Part shown: positions 28,113 through 37,714 of the stretch, one piece after another
Layout of the letters: each line of letters opens with the position of its first letter
Position numbering within the stretch: the first letter of the stretch is position 1
Origin: an uncultured Eubacteriales bacterium
GTDB lineage: Bacteria; Bacillota; Clostridia; Peptostreptococcales; Caminicellaceae
Length of the DNA: 64,000 nt
Assembly (NCBI GenBank): GCA_965539935.1
Contig: CBETVX010000003.1
Coordinates: 9,928-73,927 of the forward strand
Direction of reading: 5' to 3'
Program-made: the position numbers and the translations under genes
Notes under the pieces: generated by a model
Seen by the model: only the letters and a program-made list of their open reading frames with translations
Told to the model about the DNA's origin: nothing
The model's database searches: none

Positions 28113-28257
28113 CTTAAAAATTAATATTCACAAGGTTTAATTATTGTCAAACTATTAATTATACATAAAAATTTAATTTTATTGCATAAACCTCTATGAT
28201 TTAGAATAACTTCTTAAGTAAATCAAATACATAAGCCTTTAAAGGGGGAAAGTTTAG

Positions 28258-29448
28258 ATGAGTTTAATGGTAGCATTTTGTATTGTACTTGGAATACTTG
28301 CTATTGGGGATATAGTTTCCACTAAAACCAAGGCATTTATACCATCGGTATTTGTTGCAGCATTATTATTTTTACTTGGGTTTTGGACATTTTTTCCACA
28401 AAACATAGTAGAACTTGCTGGATTTCCCATGCCAGTAGTATTACTTTCGATGTATCTACTTATAAGCCATATGGGAACTATGTTAAGTGTAAGAGAATTG
28501 GCTGCCCAATGGAAAACTATTGTTATAGCATTGGCAGGCATCCTAGGGGTATGTTTAGGAACACTTACCATTGGAAAAATATTATTTGGCTGGAAGACGG
28601 TAGTTGCAGCAACCCCACCACTTACTGGAGGAATAGTAGCAGCTTTAGTTATGTCGGAAGCCGCTACTGCAAATGGGTTAGAGACTTTAGCTGTACTTGC
28701 CATAATTATGTATGTTATGCAAGGCTTTGTTGGCTATCCTCTTACAGCAATGATGTTAAAGAAAGAGGGTCAAAGGCTTATAAAGATATATAGAGATGGA
28801 GAGGTTTCTAATGAGAAGAAGGCTGAAGAAGAATTAGCAGCAAAGACTGAAGGTAAGAGCAGATTTAAAATTTTTCCAGAAACTCCTAAGAAATATCAAA
28901 CCACTTATGTATTACTTTTAAAGTTAGGGATAGTGGCTTGGGCTTCTGTTTCCTTTGCAGCAGCTATTAATGATGTTATTTCAAAGTATGTAGTATGTTT
29001 AATATTTGGAGTTATTGCAGCAGAAATAGGGTTTATTGAAAGGAAACCCTTGAATTTATCAGAATCCTTTGGATTTTTAATTACAGCATTAATGGCCTTT
29101 GTATTTGCTGGATTGGCTAAGGCAACGCCGGAGATGTTGATGGGAATTATCGGACCTCTAGCAGGGATTATTTTTCTAGGAGTTTTAGGCATGGCCATTC
29201 TTTCTATTTTGGTAGGTAAGTATTTAGGATATTCTAAGGAAATGTCCTTTGCAGTTGCATTGACAGCTTTATATGGTTTTCCGCCTAATTATATATTAAC
29301 TGAGGAAGCATCTAAGGCCTTAGCTAAGGATGATGATGAGTTTAAATACTTGATGGATGAGATGTTGCCGAAAATGCTAGTGGGTGGATTTACTACTGTT
29401 ACAATTGTTTCTGTAATTATTGCAGGAGTATTTGCCAAATTTATTTAA
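28258..29448 (+). CDS. Polytopic membrane protein, probable transporter (family not recognised)
   Basis: 396 aa. About 10-12 hydrophobic segments separated by a charged central loop (KKEGQRLIKIYRDGEVSNEKKAEEELAAK). Co-directional with two amidohydrolase genes. Confidence 0.7.
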   Translation: MSLMVAFCIVLGILAIGDIVSTKTKAFIPSVFVAALLFLLGFWTFFPQNIVELAGFPMPVVLLSMYLLISHMGTMLSVRELAAQWKTIVIALAGILGVCLGTLTIGKILFGWKTVVAATPPLTGGIVAALVMSEAATANGLETLAVLAIIMYVMQGFVGYPLTAMMLKKEGQRLIKIYRDGEVSNEKKAEEELAAKTEGKSRFKIFPETPKKYQTTYVLLLKLGIVAWASVSFAAAINDVISKYVVCLIFGVIAAEIGFIERKPLNLSESFGFLITALMAFVFAGLAKATPEMLMGIIGPLAGIIFLGVLGMAILSILVGKYLGYSKEMSFAVALTALYGFPPNYILTEEASKALAKDDDEFKYLMDEMLPKMLVGGFTTVTIVSVIIAGVFAKFI

Positions 29449-29506
29449 TATATATAAATGATAGGACTTATATAAAATCCATAGCCTTGATTGAAGGAGG
29501 ATAAAA

Positions 29507-30757
29507 ATGATTACAAAACTTCAAAGAATAAAAGAAGATATCGAAACTTTATCAAAGTTTAATGCAACACCAGGTAATGGACTTACTAGGTTTTCCTTTA
29601 CTAAAGAAGATAGGGGAGCTAGGAACTATATAAAAAAACAAATGAAAGAAGCTAGTTTAATAGTCTATGAAGATGCAGCTGGTACCATTGTTGGCAGAAT
29701 GGAAGGTAGATTATCTGATGGGCCTGTTATCATGATAGGATCACATTATGACTCTGTGAAAAATGGAGGAAATTTTGATGGACCAGCGGGTGTTGTTATG
29801 GGATTAGAAATAGCTAGGGTTTTAAATGAAAATAATTTAAAACCTAAATATCCCATTGAATTTATAGCCATGATTGAAGAAGAAGGAGGTCGATTTGGTG
29901 GAGGGTTATTTGCTAGTAGGGCAATGGTTGGAAAAGTAGATAGAGAACAACTAGATAGATATAAAGATGCAGATGGTATTTCAATTGCAGAGGCCATGAA
30001 AGAATTTGGATTTAACCCAGATAAAATAAATGAGGCCGTTAGAAAGCCAGAAGAGGTAAAAGCCTTTCTTGAACTTCATATTGAACAAGGGCCCGTATTA
30101 GAATCTAAGGCTATAGATATTGGAATCGTAGATTACATAGTAGGTATATGTCAAATCGAAGTTAATATAAAGGGTAGATCTGATCACGCCGGAACTACTC
30201 CTATGAATATGCGAGCCGATGCTTTAGATATAGCCTCAAAGGTTATTAGTAAAATAAGTGGTTTTGCAAAAAAAGTTGGAGAGGGATCGGTAGCCACAGT
30301 GGGCAAATTAGAAATATTTCCCGGTGCAGCCAATATAGTTCCCAGTGACGTGACATTTACAGTGGATATTAGGTCTAGAAATTCTGAGTGTATACAAAAA
30401 GTAAAGTCCTATATAAATAATTCTTTGGTAGAACTAACAAAGGAATCTGAAGTTGAATATTCAATCATAGAAAAAATAAATGTTTCACCGGTAAAAGCAG
30501 ATGATAAAATAATAAAAAACCTTATAAAAAATTGTGATAAACTAGGTTTTTCAAGGGAAATAATGCTTAGTGGTGCTGGGCATGATGCCATGGTTATGGC
30601 AGAGATAACAGATATTGGTCTTGTTTTTGTACCAAGCAAAGATGGACGGAGCCATTGTCCAGAAGAATGGACGGATTATGAGGATTTGCAAAGAGGAATA
30701 GAATTACTTTATCACACCCTTTGTGATTTAGCGGAGGTTGATAACTATGAAAATTAA
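29507..30757 (+). CDS. M20-family Zn-dependent amidohydrolase (allantoate / N-carbamoyl-L-amino-acid amidohydrolase type)
   Basis: 416 aa. GSHYDSV, DGPAGV, EEEGGRFG and HIEQGPVLE are as in the AllC/AmaB/HyuC group. Confidence 0.85.
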   Translation: MITKLQRIKEDIETLSKFNATPGNGLTRFSFTKEDRGARNYIKKQMKEASLIVYEDAAGTIVGRMEGRLSDGPVIMIGSHYDSVKNGGNFDGPAGVVMGLEIARVLNENNLKPKYPIEFIAMIEEEGGRFGGGLFASRAMVGKVDREQLDRYKDADGISIAEAMKEFGFNPDKINEAVRKPEEVKAFLELHIEQGPVLESKAIDIGIVDYIVGICQIEVNIKGRSDHAGTTPMNMRADALDIASKVISKISGFAKKVGEGSVATVGKLEIFPGAANIVPSDVTFTVDIRSRNSECIQKVKSYINNSLVELTKESEVEYSIIEKINVSPVKADDKIIKNLIKNCDKLGFSREIMLSGAGHDAMVMAEITDIGLVFVPSKDGRSHCPEEWTDYEDLQRGIELLYHTLCDLAEVDNYEN

Positions 30758-31910
30758 AGAATTAGCCAATAAATATAAGAAATATGTAATAGATATGAGA
30801 AGGGAATTTCATATGAATCCTGAACCTAGCTGGGAAGAGGTAGGAACTTCCCAAAGGATAAAGGACGAGTTGGATAAAATAGGCATTCCTTATATTACCG
30901 TGGCCAAAACAGGTATAGTAGCTACAATTAAAGGAGGAAAGGAAGGAAAAACTGTGGCCCTTAGGGCAGACATGGATGCTCTACAAGTGCAAGAGGCTAA
31001 TGATGTTGCCTATAAATCAAAAAATCCCGGTATTATGCATGCCTGTGGACATGATGGTCATACTGCTATGCTTCTTGGTGCAGCTAAAATATTGAATGAA
31101 ATAAAAAATGATATAAAAGGCAAGGTGAAGCTTTTCTTTCAGCCAGCAGAAGAATTAGCTGAGGGAGCTAAAAAGATGATAGAAGAAGGTGCAATGGAAG
31201 GTGTGGATGGAGTCTTTGGTATTCATCTTTGGGCCGACTTGCCATGTGGAAAGGTAAATATACAAGCTGGACCAAGGATGGCATCTGCTGATTTGTTTAG
31301 TATAAAAGTAAAGGGTAAGGGAGGGCATGGATCATTACCCCATCAAGGTGTAGATGCGATTGTTGTAGCTTCAGCCATAGTAATGAATTTACAATCTATA
31401 GTAAGTAGGGAGATTAGTCCATTAGATCCAGCCGTAGTCAGCGTAGGGACTTTTAAGTCAGGAACAAGGTTTAACATTATAGCCAAGGAAGCTATTTTAG
31501 AAGGAACCACTAGAAGTTTCAATCATAAGGTCAGAAATTCATTTCCTAATATAATTGAAAGGATAGTAAAAGAAACAGCCCGTAGTTATAGAGCCGATGC
31601 AGAGGTAGAATATGTATTTGGAACTCCCCCTACAATAAATGAATCAGAATGTACAAAGTTAGCTCAAGATTCTATCCAGAAAATTTTGGGTAAAGAAGCA
31701 TTAATTGAAATGGAAAGGGTTACAGGAGGAGAAGACTTTGCCATGTATCTAGAAAAAGCTCCAGGGGCTATGGCTTTCGTTGGAGCTGGAAATGAAGAAA
31801 AGGGAGCATCATATCCCCACCATCATGAAAGATTCAATATAGATGAAGATGGTCTGGAAATAGGGACAGCACTATATGTCCAGTATGCAGTAGATTTTCT
31901 AAATAGATAA
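30747..31910 (+). CDS. M20D-family amidohydrolase (N-acyl-L-amino-acid / hippurate hydrolase type)
   Basis: MHACGHDGH, FQPAEE and GGEDFA motifs. ATG 30747 lies 8 nt after GGAGG and overlaps the end of the previous gene. Confidence 0.85.
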   Translation: MKIKELANKYKKYVIDMRREFHMNPEPSWEEVGTSQRIKDELDKIGIPYITVAKTGIVATIKGGKEGKTVALRADMDALQVQEANDVAYKSKNPGIMHACGHDGHTAMLLGAAKILNEIKNDIKGKVKLFFQPAEELAEGAKKMIEEGAMEGVDGVFGIHLWADLPCGKVNIQAGPRMASADLFSIKVKGKGGHGSLPHQGVDAIVVASAIVMNLQSIVSREISPLDPAVVSVGTFKSGTRFNIIAKEAILEGTTRSFNHKVRNSFPNIIERIVKETARSYRADAEVEYVFGTPPTINESECTKLAQDSIQKILGKEALIEMERVTGGEDFAMYLEKAPGAMAFVGAGNEEKGASYPHHHERFNIDEDGLEIGTALYVQYAVDFLNR

Positions 31911-31943
31911 AATAGTCAAGGGGTATTCCCTTGACTATTTTTA
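31911..31943. terminator. Bidirectional terminator between convergent genes
   Basis: AATAGTCAAGGG-tatt-CCCTTGACTATT followed by TTT. Confidence 0.8.
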
Positions 31944-31949
31944 ACTATC

Positions 31950-33149
31950 TTAATATAATTCATTTAATCTTTTCGCCATAGCCTTACCAATATTAATACA
32001 TCCATCAATATTTTCTTTACTTGCACTGCTACGAGCTTCTACAGGTTCTGCAACCATTTCCCATTTAATATTTTCAGCAAATTTCATTAGATTATTTACT
32101 CCTCCACCACTCCAACTACAAGTACCAAAAACACCTAAAATTCTATTTTTTACTCCCATTTGTAATAGTTTAGTAGTTAATTCTTCGATTGGAGGGAATA
32201 AATTAGTATTGTATGCAGCACTTCCAATGATAAGCCCCCTATATTTCCATATATCCCTTAGTATATAAGAAATATGGGTCTTAGAAGCATCAAACAATTT
32301 AATATTTTCAATTCCTTCCTCCGAGAGTGTTCTAGCTATAGTTTCAGCCATTTTAGCTGTATTTCCATACATAGTACCGTAGACTATAACTACACCTTTA
32401 TCAGTTTCAGATTTACTCCATTTATCATATAGAGAAACAACTTTATCAATGTGATTTTTCCATATAGGACCATGGGTTGAACAAATGGTTTTGATTTCTA
32501 ATCCAGAAAGCTTTTGGATAGCTTTTTGAACCATCATGCCATACTTTCCTACAATATTAGAATAATATCTTCTCATTTCTTCTTCGAAGAAATCTAGATC
32601 GACTTCAAAATCAAATATCCCCCCATCTAAAGAGCCAAAACTACCAAAGGCATCGCCAGAGAATAATATATTATTATTAACTTCGTATGTCATCATAGTT
32701 TCTGGCCAATGAACCATTGGAGTCATATAGAACTTAAGTTTATGATTGCCTAAATCTAATTCATCTCCTTCTTTAACGGTATACAGATTATCAGTTATAC
32801 CAAAGAAATCTTTTATCATACCAAATGTCTTTGCATTTCCAACAATCTTTATATCGGGATAATAATCTACTACCATTTTAAGTAATCCCGAATGGTCAGG
32901 CTCCATATGATTTACTATTATGTAATCAATCTTTTTATCTTCACCTATGATGCTTTTAATTTTTCTTAAATATTCTTTAGAGTGACTACCTTCAACTGAA
33001 TCTATTAAAGCAGTCTTATCATCCACTATGAGATAAGAATTATAAGCTACACCATGGTCAAGAGGCCATAAATTTTCAAATAATGCTAGTCTTTTATCAT
33101 TTGTACCTACCCAGTATATGTCCTTTGTAATATTAACTGATTTAAACAT
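31950..33149 (-). CDS. FprA-family A-type flavodiiron protein
   Basis: 399 aa. Metallo-beta-lactamase-like domain with HMEPDHSG, plus a C-terminal flavodoxin domain (VIVYGTMYGNT). Confidence 0.9.
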   Translation of the reverse strand: MFKSVNITKDIYWVGTNDKRLALFENLWPLDHGVAYNSYLIVDDKTALIDSVEGSHSKEYLRKIKSIIGEDKKIDYIIVNHMEPDHSGLLKMVVDYYPDIKIVGNAKTFGMIKDFFGITDNLYTVKEGDELDLGNHKLKFYMTPMVHWPETMMTYEVNNNILFSGDAFGSFGSLDGGIFDFEVDLDFFEEEMRRYYSNIVGKYGMMVQKAIQKLSGLEIKTICSTHGPIWKNHIDKVVSLYDKWSKSETDKGVVIVYGTMYGNTAKMAETIARTLSEEGIENIKLFDASKTHISYILRDIWKYRGLIIGSAAYNTNLFPPIEELTTKLLQMGVKNRILGVFGTCSWSGGGVNNLMKFAENIKWEMVAEPVEARSSASKENIDGCINIGKAMAKRLNELY

Positions 33150-33385
33150 ATTTAAATACCTCCGATAAAATTTTTATACATTAACATTTTAACAATCTAT
33201 TATCTAAATACCAACAATTTTTCTCCTTAATCATTAATTTTTTTTAAAGTTCATATAAATATTGCTTAAAACTTCCAAAAAGTTATAACATTTATATAAT
33301 AAATATCATATTATATAACATAGTATATATAAAAATGCTAGAGTAAAAAACTCTAGCTAAAAATCCGTAAAAAGTTTAGATAAAG

Positions 33386-33490
33386 TTAATAATCACTAAA
33401 TACGTATAAAAAAATTATTATTGTCCAAATAATACTATCATCTTCTAATAAAAGCTTATCCAAACTTCTGCTTTTTTTCCTTCTTCCCAT
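33386..33490 (-). CDS. Unannotated 34-aa small protein candidate (basic N-terminus, hydrophobic C-terminus)
   Basis: MGRRKKSRSLDKLLLEDDSIIWTIIIFLYVFSDY*. ATG lies 6 nt after GAAGGAGGG. A hairpin GCTAGAG-ttttttA-CTCTAGC plus T-run follows on the same strand. Confidence 0.45.
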   Translation of the reverse strand: MGRRKKSRSLDKLLLEDDSIIWTIIIFLYVFSDY

Positions 33491-33689
33491 GAACAGCCCT
33501 CCTTCAGAATAGTATCTCATTCTTAGCTAGTAATATAATATTTAATGACTTATTGAGATGTTACTACCGGCAGTTTATGCCTATAATTTAATATGATTTA
33601 ATTGGCTAATAATAAGAGAATAATTGTAATATTATTGAAAATTAGACTATAATATAAATAGAATTAATAAAATTAGAAGTGGTGAGAAA

Positions 33690-34979
33690 ATGATAATAAA
33701 TGAAAATAATGAAGTAACTAATTTAAATCAAAAAGCCATTTTAGTTGGAATAGATACAGGGAAAGGTAATATATCTATTGAAGACTCTATGGAAGAACTA
33801 ATGGAGCTGGCTAGAGCCGCTGAAGCAGAGGTTTTAGATACAGTAATCCAAGCTAGACCAAATATTGATCCAGCTTATTTTATTGGTAGTGGGAAAGTAG
33901 AAGAAGTGAAACTGATGTGTACAGCTTTAGATGCCGATACAGTAATATTTAATGATGAGTTATCACCATCTCAAATCAGGAATCTTGAAGAAAAATTGGA
34001 AGTGGCAATAATAGACAGAACAACACTAATACTAGATATATTTGCACGTAGAGCCAAGACTAAAGAGGCTAAACTTCAAGTGGAGATAGCCCAGCTAAGA
34101 TATAGACTTCCTAGATTAATTGGACTAGGAAGGTCATTATCTAGAACAGGTGGGGGAATAGGAACTAGAGGTCCAGGGGAACAGCAGCTTGAACTTGATA
34201 GAAGACGAATACTGAAAAGGATCAGTGATTTAAAGAAAGAAATAAAAGCTGTAAAGAAAAATAGAGAAGTTCAAAGATCTAGAAGAGAAAAAAATAATAT
34301 TCCTGTAGTAGCTTTAGTAGGATATACAAATGCTGGAAAATCAACTATGATGAACAGATTTTTAAGCATAAGTGAAAAAGATAATAGCAATAGAGAGGTT
34401 TACTCAAAGGACATGCTCTTTGCTACATTAGATACTTATCATAGACAAATTGTACTTGATAGTAATAAGAAGTTCATATTAATAGACACTGTAGGTTTTG
34501 TAAGCAAACTTCCCCATCATCTAGTGGATGCCTTCAAAGCTACATTGGAGGAAGTTGTTGAGGCAGATTTGCTCATTCATGTGGTGGATATTTCTAATGA
34601 TAAATATGAGATGCAAATAAATGTGACTCAAAAAGTATTAAAGGATATAGGAATAAAGAATAAACCTACAATATATGCACTTAATAAATTTGATAGGGCC
34701 AATATAGAATTTGTACCCTTTGAAGAGGAGCATGTATATACTTCAGCACTGACAGGTCAAGGAATGGAAGAGTTAATTACTAAAATAAACTCTCATATCT
34801 TTAAAAATAATAGGATAGTTGAGATGTTAATTCCCTATAATAGAGGAGAAATATATTCATATTTGTGTGAAAAAACCAATGTTATCAATACAGAGTATAA
34901 AGAGGAAGGAATAGGAATTGAAACAGAAGTAGATGAAATAGTATATAATAAATATAAAGAATACATAACGAAAGAATAA
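33690..34979 (+). CDS. hflX: GTPase HflX
   Basis: 429 aa. HflX N-domain, then G1 GYTNAGKST, G3 DTVGF, G4 NKFD. Confidence 0.9.
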   Translation: MIINENNEVTNLNQKAILVGIDTGKGNISIEDSMEELMELARAAEAEVLDTVIQARPNIDPAYFIGSGKVEEVKLMCTALDADTVIFNDELSPSQIRNLEEKLEVAIIDRTTLILDIFARRAKTKEAKLQVEIAQLRYRLPRLIGLGRSLSRTGGGIGTRGPGEQQLELDRRRILKRISDLKKEIKAVKKNREVQRSRREKNNIPVVALVGYTNAGKSTMMNRFLSISEKDNSNREVYSKDMLFATLDTYHRQIVLDSNKKFILIDTVGFVSKLPHHLVDAFKATLEEVVEADLLIHVVDISNDKYEMQINVTQKVLKDIGIKNKPTIYALNKFDRANIEFVPFEEEHVYTSALTGQGMEELITKINSHIFKNNRIVEMLIPYNRGEIYSYLCEKTNVINTEYKEEGIGIETEVDEIVYNKYKEYITKE

Positions 34980-35002
34980 TTTTGATGAGGGTGAATACTT
35001 CC

Positions 35003-35692
35003 ATGAATTTTAAAGAAATATCATGGGACAAGCTAGATAAATTTGAAGTCATAGAGGATGCACTGATTACTTATCTTTTATATAAAGAGGGTAAAAATAT
35101 TGATTTAATTAGTCGAATTAGAAATATTTCCAGGGAAAAAGTTGAGAAGGACATTATAAAGGCTAAAATAAAAATAAGGGAAATGAAATCTCACAAGGTT
35201 AAATCAAATAAAACCATGTTAGATAAAATCCTTGGATTATCTAAAGAAAAAAGATTAGAATTAATAAAGAACGCCGATGAAGACAGTATTAATAAGCTTA
35301 AAGAAGATATCAAAGGAAAATATAATAAGATAAAAAATCCAGATGATAAAGTAATACTTATCTGGTTAATAGGAGAATTAAAAGATAAAAGTTTAATGAA
35401 TATCATTATAAAAGATATGGCTCACTATCATGGAAATGTGAGAAGGATGGTTTGTTCAGCATTGGGGAAACTTAATGATCCAAGGGGAAGATATGCATTA
35501 CATAGAGGTTTAAATGATAAAAAGGCACAAGTAAGACAATATGCCGCAAAGGCTTTGGCTGATATAGGAAATGAAGAATCTATTAGGTTGCTTAAGGATA
35601 TAGTCAGGAGGCAAAATGAAAAAGACTATGTAAAAATAGCCTGTATCAATTCTATTAAGATTATTAAAAAAAATATTATTAATGAAAATTAA
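35003..35692 (+). CDS. HEAT-repeat protein with an N-terminal HTH-like segment
   Basis: HEAT/PBS-lyase-type repeats (VRRMVCSALGKLNDPRG..., AQVRQYAAKALADIGNEESI). ATG 35003 lies 9 nt after GAGGGTG. ATG 34985 is the alternative start. Confidence 0.65.
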   Translation: MNFKEISWDKLDKFEVIEDALITYLLYKEGKNIDLISRIRNISREKVEKDIIKAKIKIREMKSHKVKSNKTMLDKILGLSKEKRLELIKNADEDSINKLKEDIKGKYNKIKNPDDKVILIWLIGELKDKSLMNIIIKDMAHYHGNVRRMVCSALGKLNDPRGRYALHRGLNDKKAQVRQYAAKALADIGNEESIRLLKDIVRRQNEKDYVKIACINSIKIIKKNIINEN

Positions 35693-35786
35693 GGGAAGTC
35701 TTTGTTTTTTTTCACTACATCAACTATTTTATCCTATGAGTAAAGTGTTGCTTTAGATACGAAAGGTCGCCCTACATTAGTTGCCT

Positions 35787-36149
35787 TTAGCTTTCTTGAT
35801 AAAGTGGATCCAATTTCATATAGTTATTAACACAATGTTGAGTATTAATTAGCATAAGTTGGCTTTTCTTTTGTCCCAATATTTTCCAGACATCTAGTAG
35901 GGTAGGTAAAACAATATGGGAAATATATTTTCTACTTAAGGTATAAACTTTATTGTTCATTTCGTCAGTTCCGCGGTATATTATTTTGCCTTTATCAGTT
36001 TCTTCTAGATTATCAAAAAAGGGGATATGCATGATGTCATGATAACTGGGCCTATGGTCTTCAGGCAACATATTTAAATGTATTGCGGTGGCTACTGATG
36101 AAGAATGACATCCGTCAAAACAATGATATATAATATGAAATGAAATCAC
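35787..36149 (-). CDS. DUF3189-family protein
   Basis: 120 aa. IIYHCFDGCHSSSVATAIHLNMLP matches the family N-terminus as I recall it. The start (GTG 36149) has no well-spaced RBS, so it is uncertain. Confidence 0.55.
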   Translation of the reverse strand: MISFHIIYHCFDGCHSSSVATAIHLNMLPEDHRPSYHDIMHIPFFDNLEETDKGKIIYRGTDEMNNKVYTLSRKYISHIVLPTLLDVWKILGQKKSQLMLINTQHCVNNYMKLDPLYQES

Positions 36150-36226
36150 CTTCCATTTTTAATTAGTATATGTATTTATTATTTGATAAAAGTGAGATAA
36201 ATATAATAGGATAAGTAGGTGAGATT

Positions 36227-36880
36227 ATGTCGAAGGATTATAAAACTTTATTTGAATATGGTGAAGCAGAGGACATTATTAATAAATCTAGATTTATTGG
36301 TTATGCTAAACCTGTTAATAGTGAAGAAGAAGCTATAGAATTTATAGAAAAAATAAAAAAGAAACATAAGGATGCAACCCATAATGTACCAGCCTATGTA
36401 ATTGGATTAAACAATGAAATTCAGAGATATAGTGACGACGGAGAGCCTTCAGGCACAGCAGGAGTTCCAATATTAGACATGCTAAAAAAGGAAGAAATTA
36501 AAAATACCGTGGTAGTTGTTACTAGATATTTTGGAGGTATTAAGCTAGGAACTGGCGGGTTAGTTAGAGCATATACTAAGGCAGCTAAACTTGCTATCAA
36601 TGAAGCAAAAGTAGTAGAAAAAGCATTTTATAAGCTTTTTCTCATTAGATTAGATTACACATTACATGGCAAAGTTCAAAATGAGATTATGAATAGTGAG
36701 CATATTATTAAAGACACAGTCTATGATGATAAGGTTAATATGTATGTTTACTGTAGGCCCAGTGATATAGACTTTTTTTTAAATACAATAATTAATCTAA
36801 CCAGTGACAAAGCTCAAATTGAAGAAAAGGAAGAAGTTTACTTAACTCTTCTAGATGGAAAAATTGTTGAAAATAATTGA
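36227..36880 (+). CDS. YigZ/IMPACT-family protein
   Basis: 217 aa. KSRFIGYA.PV..EEEA..FI...KK.H.DATHN..AY...........DDGEP.GTAG.P is typical of UPF0029/YigZ. Confidence 0.85.
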   Translation: MSKDYKTLFEYGEAEDIINKSRFIGYAKPVNSEEEAIEFIEKIKKKHKDATHNVPAYVIGLNNEIQRYSDDGEPSGTAGVPILDMLKKEEIKNTVVVVTRYFGGIKLGTGGLVRAYTKAAKLAINEAKVVEKAFYKLFLIRLDYTLHGKVQNEIMNSEHIIKDTVYDDKVNMYVYCRPSDIDFFLNTIINLTSDKAQIEEKEEVYLTLLDGKIVENN

Positions 36881-36946
36881 TAGACCTTGAGTATAAATGG
36901 GTATACTTTTATACATAAAAAACATTAGCAGTGGAGGGGTTACATT

Positions 36947-37336
36947 ATGGATATGGAACAACTAAAAAAGGAAATGTTAGACAAAAAAGTATGGGCAGTA
37001 GTTGGAGCTACAACAAATGAAGAAAAGTTCGGGTATAAAATTTATAAAAAACTTAAGAATAGAGGATATGAAGTCTATCCAGTTAATCCTAGATGTGATG
37101 AAATAGAAGGAGACAAATGCTATAAATCTATAGCAGATTTACCTGTAAAACCTGATTGTGTAGATATGGTAGTGCCACCAAAGGTTTCAAATAATGTAGT
37201 TAATGAAATTGTAGAAAATGGAATTGAGTATGTATGGTTTCAACCGGGTACATTTACTGAAGAAACTATAGATTTAGCTGAAGAAAAGGGTCTTAAATTT
37301 GTATATTATGATTGTGTTTTAGTAGCATTGGGATAG
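36947..37336 (+). CDS. CoA-binding domain protein (YccU/YneT type)
   Basis: 129 aa. WAVVGATTNEEKFGYKIYKKL...GYEVYPVNP matches the CoA_binding_2 pattern. Confidence 0.8.
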   Translation: MDMEQLKKEMLDKKVWAVVGATTNEEKFGYKIYKKLKNRGYEVYPVNPRCDEIEGDKCYKSIADLPVKPDCVDMVVPPKVSNNVVNEIVENGIEYVWFQPGTFTEETIDLAEEKGLKFVYYDCVLVALG

Positions 37337-37356
37337 TGAAAAGAATTAAGCCGCAT

Positions 37357-37713
37357 TTATCGCGGCTTTTTATCTTTGTAAAAGAATTGATATAAAGCCA
37401 TTGCAAATAAAAAAAAACCAAACATCTTTTTTAGTAAATCCGATGAAAGACTTACAGCTAAATTTGAACCAATTATAGCTCCAATTATTCCTGTTGTGGT
37501 AAGGGGTAGCCAAAGATTTATATCTATATTTTTATTCTTTAAATGGGTAATTATCGCAACAAGAGCAACTGGAATAAAAGTAAAAAGATTAACACTTTGG
37601 GCCTGTTGCTGGTTTAATTCTGTGAAAAAGATTAAAGCAGGAATTAATATTGCGCCTCCCCCTATGCCCATTCCACTAATGATACCCGATAAAAATCCTA
37701 TCAGTGAAAGCAT
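37357..37713 (-). CDS. Half-size TSUP (TauE/SafE) family membrane protein, distal half
   Basis: 118 aa, 4 TM. G-rich first helix GIISGMGIGGGAILIPAL. Confidence 0.75.
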   Translation of the reverse strand: MLSLIGFLSGIISGMGIGGGAILIPALIFFTELNQQQAQSVNLFTFIPVALVAIITHLKNKNIDINLWLPLTTTGIIGAIIGSNLAVSLSSDLLKKMFGFFLFAMALYQFFYKDKKPR

Positions 37714-37714
37714 A

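Noticed and set aside
28254-29198. Track ORFs 28254-28703 (-), 28383-28793 (+) and 28905-29198 (-), which overlap the 396-aa membrane-protein gene.
   Set aside because: They lie antisense or out of frame inside a long ORF with a coherent TM pattern. Their translations are low-complexity (A/N/T/P-rich), have no RBS, and are typical shadow ORFs.
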